Shown here one piece after another: positions 45,936 through 55,234 of a stretch of DNA of 59,254 nt; within the stretch, counting starts at the first letter, position 1; each line of letters opens with the position of its first letter. Source of the stretch: a virus (lineage: Duplodnaviria > Caudoviricetes). Both the position numbers and the translations under genes were made by a program. The stretch covers positions 1 through 59,254 of the IMG/VR virus record IMGVR_UViG_3300023097_000063. One strand, 5' to 3'. Under the pieces are notes generated by a model, which was given only the letters and a program-made list of their open reading frames with translations, was not told the DNA's origin and ran no database searches.

Positions 45936-46207
45936 CGGGGTGCCTTTCTGCGGAGGAGACGCCACAGGTTGGTGAGCAGACTCGCTTGGGGCATGACCAT
46001 GATCCGCCGCCACAGGGTCCCGTTGTGGTGAATGTCGAGGGCGACACCGATCGGGAGATCGTTGATGGCGACGTAGAGGAGGATGGCTTCGTTGATCACA
46101 TGGTTGAGGTCGTCTTCGCTGGTGATGGACAGGGCGAGGAGTTCCGGGACGAGCGCCGGATGCGCCGCGAATGTGATCATCGCGGTTTCTTGTGGCTGGT
46201 CAGACAC
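45932..46207 (-). CDS. hypothetical protein (RHH-like N-terminus possible)
   Basis: L...S....N.VINEAI.LY. Confidence 0.5.
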   Translation of the reverse strand: MSDQPQETAMITFAAHPALVPELLALSITSEDDLNHVINEAILLYVAINDLPIGVALDIHHNGTLWRRIMVMPQASLLTNLWRLLRRKAPR

Positions 46208-46391
46208 GTTGTTGTTCCTCCCAGCGGGCGCGGTGGTAGTCGAGGGCGGCGGCGCGGCCTTCGGCGTTGACGGTAGACGCGAACAGCCAGCCGAGGCCGG
46301 TGAAGCCGGTGGTGATGGCGAGGGCGCCGAGGATGATGGCGAGGAGAGGATGCAACGTGCGGTCCAGGTTCGTAGGGTCGTTACCGGTCAT
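46200..46391 (-). CDS. small membrane protein
   Basis: Single TM. Confidence 0.5.
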   Translation of the reverse strand: MTGNDPTNLDRTLHPLLAIILGALAITTGFTGLGWLFASTVNAEGRAAALDYHRARWEEQQRV

Positions 46392-46416
46392 TGTCGCACG
46401 CGCAACCACGCCCGGG

Positions 46417-47967
46417 CTACAGGAGTGAGCCGTCCATCTGTGCGAACAACGACCTCCCCGACCCGCCACTCTCACCCGGCGTCAATCCGGAGGTGAGGTC
46501 CGTCGCGAACGCCTGCGGCGCCGGCATCGACCCCTCCCAGTTCATATCCAGGAACGCCAGAAGGAGGGCGTCGGAGTGGTCGGGGGAGAACCCGAGACGT
46601 TCTCGGATCTTCTCTTTCCGCTCGACCTTGATCTTCCCGAAGCTGTCCATGATCTCGTAACGCGGCGTCGTCAACTCGTGGATCACATCGTCGTCGACGA
46701 CCCCCAGATCCCACGTGCCCAGCCGCGAGTATTCACGGCCGATCTCCCAATGCGCATACGCGCGCATGTTCAGGTACTTTTTCGCGAACCCGTCCGGGGG
46801 CCCGGCGCCGAAGTTGACCGGGACGACCTCCGCCCCATGCGTCGTCCCGTCCGTCGTCGGGTTATGCCGGGACGACAGCTCCCGCAGGCGGCCGTAGATC
46901 CCCCACCCGATCCCGATCACGTCGACCTTCACCCGGCGCACGCCCTGAACGGCCAAGAAGGAGGCGATCTGCCCGACGGTCGCCATCGGGTCCGGGTTCA
47001 CGAACTCCTCCACAAGCCCGGCCTTCCGGCCCTGCCGTAGCCGGCACACGGTCCGGTCACCGCCGCCGCCGACGTCGACCCCGCACTCGACGTCCCCGAC
47101 AGGGGGAAGTTCGACGCTGCGGCATTTGACCGCCCACGCGTAGGGCACGACGGCGTAGGGGTCTCCGATGTCGGGGAACTGGCCGAGGCACTTCGACTGG
47201 AAGAGTGCGCTGCCGTCTCCCCACTTCCTGCGCCGGTCCTCGACCCATTCGGGAGTGATCAAAGAGTCGGAGACGATCTTCGGGACGGGTTCGCCGGTGA
47301 AGTTCGGGGTGTGGCCGGCGGCGACGTGGATGACGTTCCACCCGGAGTTCGGTTTGCAGATGTCCCCGAACTCGGTGTTGCGGTCGTCGGGGTTCCCGAT
47401 CGCGAGGGCTTTACCACCCTCGTTCGTGATCATCGACGATGCGGCATGCCACATGACCGGGGCGACACCGCATGCCTCATCGATGAGGACCAGGAAATGC
47501 TCGGCGTGAAGGCCCTGAAAGGCGTGCTGGTTGTGGTCGGAGGGTTTCCGGCCGAACGCGACCATGTTCGAGCCGATCATCCACTCGGTCAGATTCATCC
47601 GCCCCGGCAGGCCGCCCTGCTGGTGGAACTTGTTCAATTCATGCCACAAGATCGCTTTCACCTGCGGGAATGTGGGGGCGGTGGAGACGACCCGGGCGGA
47701 GCCTGGCGGGTGTACGTCGATGAACCAGGCGATCGTGACCGCGGCGGAGAAGCTCTTCCCGACCTGGTGGCAGGAGTGGACGGCGGTCTGTTTGTTGTCC
47801 CGTACCGACTCGATGATCTCCCGCTGTTTGGACCACAGCCGGATGCCTAGCCGTTCCCATGCCCAGAGGGTGGGGTCGCGTCGGTAGCGGGCCATGGGCG
47901 GGTCGAGGAGGTCCGCGGCGAGGGCGAGGCTGCTCCGGGCGGCGGGCCTGGGGCGGAGGCGGGGCAT
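46417..47967 (-). CDS. terminase large subunit
   Basis: LWSKQ, SCHQVGKS, STAPT..Q, LIDEA, IGNP, GVDVGGGGD, SPD.SDA; TATCGT ends 7 nt before ATG (leaderless). Confidence 0.95.
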   Translation of the reverse strand: MPRLRPRPAARSSLALAADLLDPPMARYRRDPTLWAWERLGIRLWSKQREIIESVRDNKQTAVHSCHQVGKSFSAAVTIAWFIDVHPPGSARVVSTAPTFPQVKAILWHELNKFHQQGGLPGRMNLTEWMIGSNMVAFGRKPSDHNQHAFQGLHAEHFLVLIDEACGVAPVMWHAASSMITNEGGKALAIGNPDDRNTEFGDICKPNSGWNVIHVAAGHTPNFTGEPVPKIVSDSLITPEWVEDRRRKWGDGSALFQSKCLGQFPDIGDPYAVVPYAWAVKCRSVELPPVGDVECGVDVGGGGDRTVCRLRQGRKAGLVEEFVNPDPMATVGQIASFLAVQGVRRVKVDVIGIGWGIYGRLRELSSRHNPTTDGTTHGAEVVPVNFGAGPPDGFAKKYLNMRAYAHWEIGREYSRLGTWDLGVVDDDVIHELTTPRYEIMDSFGKIKVERKEKIRERLGFSPDHSDALLLAFLDMNWEGSMPAPQAFATDLTSGLTPGESGGSGRSLFAQMDGSLL

Positions 47968-47984
47968 GATCCCCACGATAGGGC

Positions 47985-48018
47985 GGAGCCCCGAGACTCC
48001 GCTAAGTCTCGGGGCTCC
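47985..48018. terminator. stem-loop upstream of terminase
   Basis: GGAGCCCCGAGACT/AGTCTCGGGGCTCC. Confidence 0.55.
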
Positions 48019-48167
48019 TGTTTCCCCTGCCCGGTTCCAGTCGGTAGGGAGCTGGTGGTGCCTGCATGAGGGACTCCGCCAAGAGATCCGCTCACGCTTT
48101 CCCGCGGGATCAAGCACCCGCGGGGGAGGCCCGGCACCAGGCCCTCACCCCCTGTCAGAGGGGCGGT

Positions 48168-48269
48168 CTATGGGTGGAGGTCTTTCGCGTGGCCGGTGTT
48201 CGCCCGGTGGATGGCGAAGTCGACGGTGTCTTTGAAGTGGTCGCCGCATTCCGGGCAGGTGAACCCCAT
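48168..48269 (-). CDS. 33-aa C2H2 zinc-finger peptide
   Basis: Not in track: MGFTCPECGDHFKDTVDFAIHRANTGH; AGAGG RBS. Confidence 0.55.
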   Translation of the reverse strand: MGFTCPECGDHFKDTVDFAIHRANTGHAKDLHP

Positions 48270-48282
48270 GGGTGGACCTCTT

Positions 48283-48516
48283 TCAGTCGATCCAGCCGCG
48301 GCGGAGGGCGTACGCGACCGCGGCGGTGTTGTTGCGGAGGTTGTGCCGGGCTTGGAAGTTACCGCAATGCTCGCGGGCGGTACGGCCGGTGATACCCAGG
48401 CGTGCGCCGACCTGGACGAAGGTGTAGCCGTCGGCGAGTTCGGCGAGGACGTGCATTTCGCGGCGGGTCGCGGTTGTGCAGGGTTTGGGGCCTTTCAGCG
48501 GCGGGGGCGTCGCCAT
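48283..48516 (-). CDS. LuxR/GerE-type HTH regulator
   Basis: TRREMHVL..LADG.T...VG..LGI...T...H, AAVAYALRRGWI. Confidence 0.85.
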   Translation of the reverse strand: MATPPPLKGPKPCTTATRREMHVLAELADGYTFVQVGARLGITGRTAREHCGNFQARHNLRNNTAAVAYALRRGWID

Positions 48517-48637
48517 GCCCTCCACCACCTGTTCGCGCGCGGCAGGGGGCGTCCGGGCGGGCCGGCGGTGAGAAGGATGGGGCGGCCGTCCCAGGAGACG
48601 CCGGCGGGCCAGTGCTCGATCTGCATTCCGGTCGGGA

Positions 48638-48877
48638 TCATCGTTTCTCCTGGTCTTGGTCGTTGAGAGTGGCGGTGAGGTCGCGGTAGAGGGTGGTGGC
48701 GGTGTCGTAGACGTCGAGGAGGGCGGAGCGCTGCAGGACGATCTCGTCCAGGAGCTGGGGGAGGTCGTGGTGGATGAGGTGGTGGAGGTCGGGGGCGGGT
48801 GCGGCGAGGTGGGTGAGTTGGGCGCGGGCTGCGGCTAGGCGGCCGAGGATGTGGGTGATGTTGGCAGGGTGGGTCAT
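48638..48877 (-). CDS. hypothetical protein
   Basis: Coupled ORF. Confidence 0.5.
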   Translation of the reverse strand: MTHPANITHILGRLAAARAQLTHLAAPAPDLHHLIHHDLPQLLDEIVLQRSALLDVYDTATTLYRDLTATLNDQDQEKR

Positions 48878-50124
48878 GTGTGCTCTTCCAGGAACGCCCG
48901 AAACGTGGGCAGCGCACCGAGTGCGTATGTGGCGGCCTGCTGGACTACCCCGTTACCTGCGATCTTGATGGCGGCAGACCGGCCGACATGGTTCGTGATC
49001 CAGCCGGCGGGCAGCCCTACCAGCCACTCCGTGAACATCGGAGACAGGCGCGGCTGACCCTTCGTGCCCAACTCGGTCGGGGCGGGCGCGGGCAGACCGA
49101 ACGCCCGCTCCTGGCGGGCCACGGCCGCGGCGTACGACCCGAAATTCGGGTCGCAGACCGCACCGGGCAGCAGGAGATCGCCGTGGTTGTTGTTCTTGTT
49201 GCCGTTCGCGTTGGTGACGGTCGGAGTCGGGAGCATCGGAGCGACCGACACCAGCGACGGGCTACGGCGCCCGCGCTCGGACGGGCAGTCCCCGCGATCG
49301 GCGTCCGACGACTTCGGGGTCGGCAGCAGCGAGACCGCGGTACGCAGGTCCATTCCACCGCTGCCGTGCTCGCCAGGGCCAGCGGTGTCCGAGGTCCGCG
49401 GAGTCGGGAGGAACGCGCCGAGCAGGGTCGGGTTTCCGCGGCTGTATGTCGCAGAGACCCGATCGGCGTCGCCGGCCACGGGCGTCGGCAGGACGACACC
49501 GTCGGCGCCGCATGCGTCCGCGGGCATCTCCCATACGAGGCCGTCGCGGGCGAACCCGGCGGGTGGCCACTTCCCGGCTGAGGCGTGCGGCAGCCCGAAC
49601 AGCGCCCCGTCTGGCGGTCCGCATTCGGCGAGCGTCGCCGCGATGAAGACTCTGTGCCGGTGGTGGGCTGCCCCAACCTTGCACGCGCCGACCGTCGTCC
49701 ACGAGACGCGGTAGCCGGCCCCGGTCAGGTCGGCGAGCACCTGGCCGAAGACGCGCCCGTTCTCGATCGTCAGGATCCCCTGGACGTTCTCGCCAATGAA
49801 CAGGCGCGGGCGAAGGGTGAGGATCCCGTTGAAGACGTACGGCCACAGGTGCCGTTCGTCAGCCGATCCTCCGCGTTTCCCGGCTCCGGAGAACGGCTGG
49901 CAGGGCCAGCCGCCAGCAACGATGTCGACAGCGGCCAGGTCGGCCCAGCTGACAGTGGTCAGGTCTTCGTGGTTGGGCGTTCCCGGCCAGTGGGCGGCGA
50001 GGACCGCGGAAGCGGCTTCGTCCTTCTCGACGTGCCAGGTGTGCTCGACGGGGATCAGGGACTTGATGGCGAGGTCAAGCATCCCGGCGCCCGAGCATAG
50101 GGAACCGAGACGAACCGGGGTCAT
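48874..50124 (-). CDS. DNA (cytosine-5)-methyltransferase
   Basis: SLCSG.G, GWPCQPFS, ENV, H.R.RVF, GNGVV; four LPTP repeats. Confidence 0.93.
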   Translation of the reverse strand: MTPVRLGSLCSGAGMLDLAIKSLIPVEHTWHVEKDEAASAVLAAHWPGTPNHEDLTTVSWADLAAVDIVAGGWPCQPFSGAGKRGGSADERHLWPYVFNGILTLRPRLFIGENVQGILTIENGRVFGQVLADLTGAGYRVSWTTVGACKVGAAHHRHRVFIAATLAECGPPDGALFGLPHASAGKWPPAGFARDGLVWEMPADACGADGVVLPTPVAGDADRVSATYSRGNPTLLGAFLPTPRTSDTAGPGEHGSGGMDLRTAVSLLPTPKSSDADRGDCPSERGRRSPSLVSVAPMLPTPTVTNANGNKNNNHGDLLLPGAVCDPNFGSYAAAVARQERAFGLPAPAPTELGTKGQPRLSPMFTEWLVGLPAGWITNHVGRSAAIKIAGNGVVQQAATYALGALPTFRAFLEEHT

Positions 50125-50360
50125 CTGCGGATTCCGATCAGCTGGGCTGTGACGGCCATGGCGAGGCAGAGGGCGAGCATCCAGGTGGCGGTGTTGAGCA
50201 TGGTGTGGGAGGCGGTCCATGCGGCGATGAAGTCGAGGCGGCGGATGAGGCCGGGTGCGGGGGTGTAGTAGGGGGAGAGGGGGTCGGGGCAGCGTTGGTT
50301 GTCGTGGCCGCGTGCGGGGTGTCTGCAGGGGGCGTGGACGATTTTGGGTGTGGTCTTCAT
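50121..50360 (-). CDS. small membrane protein
   Basis: GGGAGG RBS; C-terminal TM. Confidence 0.55.
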   Translation of the reverse strand: MKTTPKIVHAPCRHPARGHDNQRCPDPLSPYYTPAPGLIRRLDFIAAWTASHTMLNTATWMLALCLAMAVTAQLIGIRR

Positions 50361-50438
50361 GAGACCTCCCGGGTCGGTTCGGGTCGTTGGGTTGACGGTA
50401 CCCGACCTGTCAAGGGGTGACGGGTCGGGTACCGGCCG

Positions 50439-51095
50439 CTAACTGTTGTTGATGTTGCGCCCGAGGTTGATCCACAGATCCGCGATCGCCGTCAACTGCT
50501 CGAACCGGATCCGCGCATCCGTATCCCCCGCGCCGGCGCTCGCGGCGAGAGCCATGTCCGCTGCTCGGATCGCCGCGGCGGCCTCCCGGGCGCACACGGC
50601 CGCCGTCAGCTCTTCCGTGACCTGCCCGGTGCTGGGGGTGGCGTCGTGGAGGATCTGGTACGGGTTGTGAGCGGGGCACGCCCAGGCGCCGCCCAACTCG
50701 AACTGCCCCCACCCGACTGGCATGAGCGGGTCGTTGTGGGTGTGGGTGAAGAACGCGGTGCAGGTGTCGATCGCGCAGCGGACGATCTGGGCGGCACCGT
50801 TGCGGTGTGGAGGGCAGCGCCAGCCGTCGGGTTCCTCGGTCCAGCCCTGCCGCATGGCGTCGATGGTGACGTCGCCGTACAGCTCTTCGGTGCTGTAGGA
50901 GAAGCCGTTGTTGCAGCCGAGGCTGGTGCAGCCGAGGGTGAGGGTGCGCGGGGTCTGGGCGTGGCCGGTGATGGGGAGGATGGTGGTGGCGTTTGGGTCG
51001 GACATGTGGGTTGGGTCGAGGGGGCCGTGACCGAACGGGTGGGTGGGGCAGGTGGTGTCGGAGATGAGGCAGGTGCACTCGCTGTGGGGGGTCAT
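50439..51095 (-). CDS. protein with two Cx4C...GW...W.CP.H zinc-ribbon repeats
   Basis: Repeats visible in translation. Confidence 0.6.
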   Translation of the reverse strand: MTPHSECTCLISDTTCPTHPFGHGPLDPTHMSDPNATTILPITGHAQTPRTLTLGCTSLGCNNGFSYSTEELYGDVTIDAMRQGWTEEPDGWRCPPHRNGAAQIVRCAIDTCTAFFTHTHNDPLMPVGWGQFELGGAWACPAHNPYQILHDATPSTGQVTEELTAAVCAREAAAAIRAADMALAASAGAGDTDARIRFEQLTAIADLWINLGRNINNS

Positions 51096-51304
51096 CGGAT
51101 GCTCGCCGCGTCGAACGCGAGGGCCACGTTCGACCACGCGTTCGCGACCTTGCAGTGCACGTCGATCGCGTCGGCCGACACGCCTCCTTCAGCGATCTGT
51201 GTGGTGATCACGTCCATCATGGCGAAGGCCTTGTCGGCGGCGTAGAGGGCGGCGGTGCTGGGGGTGAGGGCGCGGTTGACGCGTCCGATGGGTTGGTCGG
51301 TCAT
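51092..51304 (-). CDS. hypothetical protein
   Basis: AGGAG RBS; ATGA overlap. Confidence 0.55.
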   Translation of the reverse strand: MTDQPIGRVNRALTPSTAALYAADKAFAMMDVITTQIAEGGVSADAIDVHCKVANAWSNVALAFDAASIR

Positions 51305-51479
51305 GAGGGTTGCTCCTGTCTGTTCGGGTCGTTGGTATCGCCACGGTACACGTATGGGGGGTACGAGGCGGTTCCAGCATTCGGGTCCGTAGCCGGGGTG
51401 GCGTGGGTCGGGTGTGTGCCAGCGGCGGCATTTGCGGCAGCGGGCGCGGGGTGGGCTGGTGGGCGGGTCGAAGAGCGGG

Positions 51480-51737
51480 TCAGCGGTCAACAGGCGGTTC
51501 CACGACGCCGAGCAGTGCCTGTGTGGTGCCCGCCGGTGCGAAGCGGCCGGCCCAGCCGCCGCAGACGGGGCATCTGGCTTGGACGTCGTCCTTGTTGAAG
51601 GTGAGGACACCGGGGCATGGAAGCCCGTCTGGTTCTCGTGCGGTGTCGGAACAGGGGCGGGTCATGGCGGCCCAGGCGGCGATGATTTCGTCAGCGGTGT
51701 AGACGTGCTGACCTGGGGACTGATCGTTTTCGGTCAC
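51480..51737 (-). CDS. zinc-ribbon hypothetical protein
   Basis: C...CPG, CPVCG; AGGAG RBS. Confidence 0.55.
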   Translation of the reverse strand: MTENDQSPGQHVYTADEIIAAWAAMTRPCSDTAREPDGLPCPGVLTFNKDDVQARCPVCGGWAGRFAPAGTTQALLGVVEPPVDR

Positions 51738-51786
51738 GTCTACTCCTGGGGTGCCGGGATTCTGGGGCCTGTATGACCGTTTTCGG

Positions 51787-51987
51787 TCACGACCATTTGT
51801 TCTTGCCCTTCTTCTGCTCCGCCCGCAAACCCTCCGTCGCCGCCCGACACCCGGGGCAGTACCACTTCCCACCCTCGTACATCCACCCCTCCCGGCGCAG
51901 CGCCTGGTCGACGGGGCCGTGGCCGAACGGGTGCTCGTACGCCTGCGAGCACCCTGTGGTCTCGCAGGCGATCCGGGCGGCCCTCAC
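51787..51987 (-). CDS. zinc-ribbon protein (Cx4C...GW...WYCxxC)
   Basis: Motif; coupled. Confidence 0.6.
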   Translation of the reverse strand: MRAARIACETTGCSQAYEHPFGHGPVDQALRREGWMYEGGKWYCPGCRAATEGLRAEQKKGKNKWS

Positions 51988-52214
51988 CCGCCCGCCCGGG
52001 TGGGGAGGATCTGCCGGCGGATCGCGGCGGCGTCGGCTTTGGTGGAGCAGTCGGTGCAGTACCAGCGCTTGTCGGCCCGGTAGGTCCAGGCCTGGTCGAG
52101 GAGGGCCTGGTCGAGGGTGTAGCCGTCGGTGAAGACGTGACGGTGGGAGACGGTGCAGCCGGCGGTGTGGCAGGTGATGGCGACGCTGTTCGGGTCGAGG
52201 CCGAGGGTTGTCAT
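51984..52214 (-). CDS. zinc-ribbon protein (Cx4C...W...WYCxxC)
   Basis: Paralog-like to neighbour. Confidence 0.6.
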   Translation of the reverse strand: MTTLGLDPNSVAITCHTAGCTVSHRHVFTDGYTLDQALLDQAWTYRADKRWYCTDCSTKADAAAIRRQILPTRAGG

Positions 52215-52396
52215 GGGGTGTCTCCGCAGTGGTTGAGGTGGATGTTGACGGCTTGTTGGAGGAGGTCGTTGTCGATGATGAGGTCTTGCATGCCGTTGCG
52301 GGCGGGTGTGGGGGTGAGGATGCCGGTGAGGGCGATGGGGTGGCGGCAGTCGGGGCAGGTGAGCAGGTACGCGTACCGGCGGGTGAGTCCGGTCAT
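52211..52396 (-). CDS. small zinc-binding protein
   Basis: CPDC...H...C. Confidence 0.5.
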   Translation of the reverse strand: MTGLTRRYAYLLTCPDCRHPIALTGILTPTPARNGMQDLIIDNDLLQQAVNIHLNHCGDTP

Positions 52397-53166
52397 GTGG
52401 TGTGGCCTTCGATGACGGTGGGGTTGCCGGTTTCAAGACTGCGGAGGTTCCGGCCGATGGCGGCGAGGATCGTCTGCTGGGTTTCGGGGGAGAGGTTGGT
52501 GTCGGCGAGTGCTTGTTGGGTGGCGGAGGCAAGGGCCCCGGCGTCGGCTTCGAGTTGGGCCATGAGGCGTTCGCCGAGTCCGGCGTCGATGGCCCATTTG
52601 GCGGCTTGGGTGAGGCGGGTGTGCCAGAGGATGTCGAGTTGGAGGATGGGGTGGGGGTGGGACTTGCCGTTCTTGTCTTCTTCCCAGGCGAGGAGCTGGC
52701 CGAGGGTGTGGGTTTCGAGGAGTTCGGCGAGTTCGACTTGGATGCCGTGGACTTTGCCGTTGGCGAAGGCGGTGGCGTCTTGGAGGGCGTCCCACGGGTC
52801 GCCGCCGTGTTTGGTGGCGAAGGCGTGGGCCATGATCCAGGCTCCTGTGGTGCGTCCGGGGGCGCGGTTTCCGCCGTGTGGTTTGCAGTATGCGACGCCG
52901 GGGTGGGGGGTGTCGAAGCCTTGGGTGCGCCAGCAGGTGGTGTCTTGGTTTTGGTAGCGGGTGGGGTGGTTGCAGGTGCGCCATTGGGGTTGGTGGTGGG
53001 TGTTGTGGATGGGGGGTTCTGGGTCGATCCATTGTTGGTCTGGGCTGTTGATGAGGGCGAATGGGCGGCTGGCGGTGAGGGAGCGTGCGAGGTGGACGGC
53101 TTGGCGTTGCCAGTGGGGGAGTTTGTGCAGGTGGGGCCAGGTGGGCATGGGGTTGAGTTGGATCAT
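52393..53166 (-). CDS. HGGxSTG-like protein, possible terminase small subunit
   Basis: HPGVAYCKPHGG, helical C-terminus with AIDAGL.ER. Confidence 0.55.
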   Translation of the reverse strand: MIQLNPMPTWPHLHKLPHWQRQAVHLARSLTASRPFALINSPDQQWIDPEPPIHNTHHQPQWRTCNHPTRYQNQDTTCWRTQGFDTPHPGVAYCKPHGGNRAPGRTTGAWIMAHAFATKHGGDPWDALQDATAFANGKVHGIQVELAELLETHTLGQLLAWEEDKNGKSHPHPILQLDILWHTRLTQAAKWAIDAGLGERLMAQLEADAGALASATQQALADTNLSPETQQTILAAIGRNLRSLETGNPTVIEGHTT

Positions 53167-53226
53167 GTGGTGATACAGGCGCGCGGTTCTTTGTAGTGTA
53201 GGTGGGGGTGTGTGTACACCGTATAG

Positions 53227-53454
53227 TTACTGGCTGGTAGGGGTGTTGTGGCAGATGGTGAGGGTGATGGTGGCGTGGGGGTCGGGCCAGGTGTTCATCT
53301 CGGCGGTGGCGTCGTTGATGTTGGTGTAGTCGCGGCGGGTGGCGGGGGTGGTGTGGTGGGTGTGGATCTCGCCGGGTTCGATGTCGAGCCGGTAGTAGCG
53401 GGCGCCGTCGGGGATGGGCTGGCTGGTGGCGTCGTCGTAGAGCTTGAGGCTCAC
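53227..53454 (-). CDS. hypothetical protein
   Basis: Coupled ORF. Confidence 0.5.
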   Translation of the reverse strand: MSLKLYDDATSQPIPDGARYYRLDIEPGEIHTHHTTPATRRDYTNINDATAEMNTWPDPHATITLTICHNTPTSQ

Positions 53455-53711
53455 GGGGTGCCTTTCTTGCGGGCGAGCGAGGCCGCGTTCTTATCACTTT
53501 TGGCGGTGGTGCAGGGGGTGCATCGGCAGCCGCAGCGGTAGCCGTATTCGGTGCCGTGGTAGCGGTGGTGGGGGTTGGCGGCCATGTCGCGCAGGTGGCG
53601 GGCCCGGCGGAGCTTCTCGTAGAGGCGGTTGGCTTCGCGGCAGGGGGCGCACCTGCATTTGTGGTTGATGTAGCAGCGGTTGGTGCCGTGGGGTGAGGGC
53701 ACGCCGGTCAT
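53451..53711 (-). CDS. tandem HG...Y...CRCxxC zinc-binding protein (copy 1)
   Basis: Two motifs. Confidence 0.7.
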   Translation of the reverse strand: MTGVPSPHGTNRCYINHKCRCAPCREANRLYEKLRRARHLRDMAANPHHRYHGTEYGYRCGCRCTPCTTAKSDKNAASLARKKGTP

Positions 53712-53899
53712 GGGGTGGGCTCCGGTCGGGTGGGTGGGCGTCCGCGGTGGGGGTTGGCGACGTGTTGTGGCCAGGGCCGGTCGGTGGTGGGTTTGCGCAT
53801 GCTGTAGCAGGGGCGGCCGGTGAGTGCCCCGCACATGTTGCAGTCGGCGAACGCCGTCCAGCTGGCCGGTGGGATGCCGGCTACTGGTGGCATGGGCAT
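53708..53899 (-). CDS. small zinc-finger protein
   Basis: C..CGA..G.PC...PH..R. Confidence 0.55.
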   Translation of the reverse strand: MPMPPVAGIPPASWTAFADCNMCGALTGRPCYSMRKPTTDRPWPQHVANPHRGRPPTRPEPTP

Positions 53900-54336
53900 T
53901 GGCAGGTGCGGTCGTTGCAGTGCTGGTGGCGGTTGAGGGTGCAGCCCCAGGAGTAGTCGGCGTCGGTGTCGCGGAGGGTGTCGAGGACGGCCTGTGCGAC
54001 GTTGCGCCAGGTGTTGAGGGTGTGGGCGGTGTAGCTGGCCGGGATGGTGGTGATGGCTGCGCGTTGGGGGTCGTGGTGGGCTGGTGGGGGTTCGAGGCCG
54101 GTGGCTTGGGCCCAGGTGTGGATGTCGCCGGTGCGGAGTCGGTCGTGGTGGTGGGCGTTGTAGGCGGCTTGGGCTGCGCGGGTGAGGACGTCGCCAGCGG
54201 GCGGGGTGGGGGCGGGGCCGGCTGTGGTGAAGGCGCCGCGACGGATGGTGAGTTCGGGGAGTGGGCCGAGGGCGTCGTAGGCGGCGAGGTAGGCGTCGTG
54301 GAGGACGTCCGCGGGGTGCTCTTCGTCGGTGGTCAT
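53881..54336 (-). CDS. hypothetical protein
   Basis: W..VAQAV; C-terminal CQCPCH. Confidence 0.55.
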   Translation of the reverse strand: MTTDEEHPADVLHDAYLAAYDALGPLPELTIRRGAFTTAGPAPTPPAGDVLTRAAQAAYNAHHHDRLRTGDIHTWAQATGLEPPPAHHDPQRAAITTIPASYTAHTLNTWRNVAQAVLDTLRDTDADYSWGCTLNRHQHCNDRTCQCPCHQ

Positions 54337-54536
54337 GGGCAGGCGCATTCGGTGCGGGCGGCTTCGAGCCGGTCGCAGGTCGTGCACGTTTGGCCGGTGT
54401 CGGTCCAGGGCTGGTCGGTGACGTCGGCGCCGCAGAGGGCGAGGTTCTCGTCGCAGCAGACGGTGTGGAGCAGATCGGCTGCGGCAGCGGCGGTTTGGAC
54501 GTGGGCGGCGTGTGGGGTGAGGGTGGCGGTGGTCAT
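54333..54536 (-). CDS. small zinc-binding protein
   Basis: H.VCC...ALCG...C..C. Confidence 0.55.
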   Translation of the reverse strand: MTTATLTPHAAHVQTAAAAADLLHTVCCDENLALCGADVTDQPWTDTGQTCTTCDRLEAARTECACP

Positions 54537-54823
54537 CGGTTCTCCGTTTCTGCTGGTGGGTGGGTGACGTCGTTGAGGCAGAGGGTGCGGTTGGCGCGGC
54601 GCCGGCGGTCGTAGGCGGATTTGGTGGCGACGCAGGACTGGCAGCGGCAGCCGCAGTTGTAGCCGTGGAGGGTGGCGTGGGCGGGGTGGTCGGGGTTGGT
54701 GGCGAGTTGGGTGTGGATGCGGGCTTGGTAGGTGCGGTTGTGGTCGCGGACGGCTTGGCGGCAGTCGGGGCAGCGGCATTGGTAGTGGTTGTAGCCGTGG
54801 AGGGTGCCGTGTCGCCAGGTCAT
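54533..54823 (-). CDS. tandem HG...Y...CRCxxC zinc-binding protein (copy 2)
   Basis: Two motifs. Confidence 0.7.
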   Translation of the reverse strand: MTWRHGTLHGYNHYQCRCPDCRQAVRDHNRTYQARIHTQLATNPDHPAHATLHGYNCGCRCQSCVATKSAYDRRRRANRTLCLNDVTHPPAETENR

Positions 54824-55077
54824 GAGGTGGCCTTGGGGGTGCCGCGGCGGGTGCGGGCGTTGTTGCGGCCGGTGAGGGAGCAGGGGTCGCAGCGGCAGCC
54901 GTCGAGGTAGGCGCCGATTTTGCCGTGGCGTGGGCTGTTGGGGTAGGCGAGGAGGCGTTGGAGGCTGCGTTGGCGGGTGAGGGTGGCGTATTTACGGCGG
55001 GCGTCCCGGCATTCGTTGCAGCGGCAGCGGTAGTTGTTGTAGCCGTTGGCGGTGCCGTGGGGGATGAGCCGGGTCAT
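54820..55077 (-). CDS. tandem HG...Y...CRCxxC zinc-binding protein (copy 3)
   Basis: Two motifs. Confidence 0.7.
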   Translation of the reverse strand: MTRLIPHGTANGYNNYRCRCNECRDARRKYATLTRQRSLQRLLAYPNSPRHGKIGAYLDGCRCDPCSLTGRNNARTRRGTPKATS

Positions 55078-55234
55078 GACCACCACCACCAGGCGAGGTC
55101 TGCTTGGTTGCTGGTGACGGTCATGAGGGTGAGGGTGGCGGTGATGGCGGTGAGGGTCCGGTCGCAGATGAGTTCGCAGATGGCGAGGATCCGGTCGTCG
55201 CGTGCCGGCGCCGGAGTCCTGGCGGGGCGGGGTG

